From an uncultured Candidatus Saccharibacteria bacterium (GTDB lineage: Bacteria; Patescibacteriota; Minisyncoccia; Minisyncoccales; Staskawiczbacteraceae): a stretch of 64,000 nt of DNA. The translations under genes and the position numbers were made by a program. Location: positions 49,060-113,059 of the forward strand of contig CAYZAV010000001.1 in NCBI GenBank assembly GCA_964475855.1, read 5' to 3'. Every line of letters begins with the position of its first letter. Position 1 is the first letter of the stretch. Below are positions 63,104-64,000 of the stretch, in pieces. The notes beneath the pieces are model-generated. The model searched no databases and was not told where the DNA came from. It saw only the letters and a list, made by a program, of their open reading frames with translations.

Positions 63104-64000
63104 CTAAATCTTTAACAACGCCTCATACTTTTCTTTTTCTTCTACTCCAAACGGCCCGATGACCGAAAGATTCAGCTTAGCATTGTCAAAAATATCTTCG
63201 GCTACCTTCTTTATATCACTAATCGTAACCTTATCAATCATGGCCAGTTTTTGTTCGGGCGTCAGCAATGGTTCACCCATCACTTCCTGGCCGGCATAAA
63301 AAGAAGCTTGGGCGTCGGTTGCATCCATTGACAGCGCCATAGTGCCCCGCAAATAATCTTTGGCTTTTTTCAATTCTTTCGGGGTGATTTTTTTGTTTTT
63401 AAAATCACGGTATTCATCAAGTACGAGGCCAATGGCTTTTTCCAAACTATCATTTTTAATGCCCGCCTGGGTTACTAGGTATCCCGTATCCGTAGTTACA
63501 TCAACAGAAGTGTGCACGTAATAACCCAAACCATTACGTTCACGCACGGAAATAAATAATCGCGAGCTCATATTTCCGCCGAGCATCACCGCCATTAAGC
63601 TTAGGGCATACCTTCGTGGGTCGCGCATATCATAAGCCCGGACACCTAAGCAAAAATGTGTCTGGTCTGTTTTTTTGTAATGGATAAGTGCTTGTGGTTT
63701 TGACTGGATTTCTTTGACAGCCAATTTTGGCAAAACTTCCGCCGATTTCACCTTGCCAAAATACGTTCCCATTTTTTTGGTTATTTCATTGGCGTTAACA
63801 TCCCCCGCCACACAAATGACGGTATTTTTGGGTGAATAATGGGTTTTATAATACTGGACCACTTTTTCCCGGTTAAAAGCCATGATATTTTCTTTTTCCC
63901 CCACAATCCTCCATCCGGCCGGTTGGTCGCCGTACAGCAAATCTTCAAATAATTCTGAAACGTGGGACGTAGGCGTATCCAGATACATGTTGAGCTCCTC
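63104..64000 (-). CDS. M16-family (insulinase-like) peptidase, C-terminal part; gene continues beyond window end
   Basis: Peptidase_M16_C-like blocks (LGGNMSSRLFISVRERNGLGYYVHTS). The reading frame stays open to position 64000. Confidence 0.8.
   Translation of the reverse strand, partial: EELNMYLDTPTSHVSELFEDLLYGDQPAGWRIVGEKENIMAFNREKVVQYYKTHYSPKNTVICVAGDVNANEITKKMGTYFGKVKSAEVLPKLAVKEIQSKPQALIHYKKTDQTHFCLGVRAYDMRDPRRYALSLMAVMLGGNMSSRLFISVRERNGLGYYVHTSVDVTTDTGYLVTQAGIKNDSLEKAIGLVLDEYRDFKNKKITPKELKKAKDYLRGTMALSMDATDAQASFYAGQEVMGEPLLTPEQKLAMIDKVTISDIKKVAEDIFDNAKLNLSVIGPFGVEEKEKYEALLKI

Overview
This 64-kb window is gene-dense, mostly low-GC and mostly minus-strand coding. It looks like a streamlined, CPR/Patescibacteria-like genome: short forms of Mfd, FtsZ, TopA and RelA/SpoT, many GT2 and GT-B enzymes, giant Ser/Thr-rich surface proteins, and an ECF sigma/anti-sigma pair. 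Housekeeping content: clpB with a CIRCE operator, ftsA-ftsZ, ybeY, rpsU, hisS, lepB, pth-mfd, dprA-topA, a RelA/SpoT homolog, tRNA-Leu(CAA), a PAP2 phosphatase, glyA, tsaC, leuS, tatD, csrA, metG, an AI-2E transporter and an M16 peptidase. Two surface-glycan loci are present: 1..8539 (DegT aminotransferase, GT-B protein, SAM methyltransferase, dehydrogenase-like, cytidylyltransferase, O-antigen-ligase/TPR protein) and 28674..32400 (two GT2, a GH5-like hydrolase, a GT28-like protein). Accessory and unusual content, in rough order of interest: (1) a complete diversity-generating retroelement at 52166..54656: RT with the DGR-type LGNLTSQ motif, a 128-bp TR/VR pair differing at 23 positions that are all TR adenines, VR at the 3' end of a 207-aa target gene, an Avd-like four-helix-bundle gene on the opposite strand, and an in-frame TAA inside the RT. 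(2) leuS lacks the CP1 editing domain and instead carries a ~140-aa insertion with a perfect Nudix box. (3) A two-gene insertion (peptidase S51-like plus GxxExxY protein) sits between ftsA and ftsZ, bounded by perfect 13-bp inverted repeats present in tandem at each end. (4) A ~2-kb high-GC island (25314..27282) holds a 68-aa protein gene with its own terminator followed by a 479-aa uncharacterized enzyme. (5) A two-gene cassette is flanked by identical 46-bp terminator-containing direct repeats. (6) A GC-rich palindromic 42-bp in-frame insertion lies in a methyltransferase gene. (7) A paralogous glycoside hydrolase between dprA and topA is broken by a single amber codon. (8) A 5'-half duplication of tRNA-Leu carries an inserted perfect palindrome. 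(9) High-GC orphan csrA and several candidate operator repeats are also present. No CRISPR arrays, rRNA genes or transposases were found. The ORF track uses alternative start codons (GTG/TTG shown as M), so several first-M starts were moved to internal ATGs.
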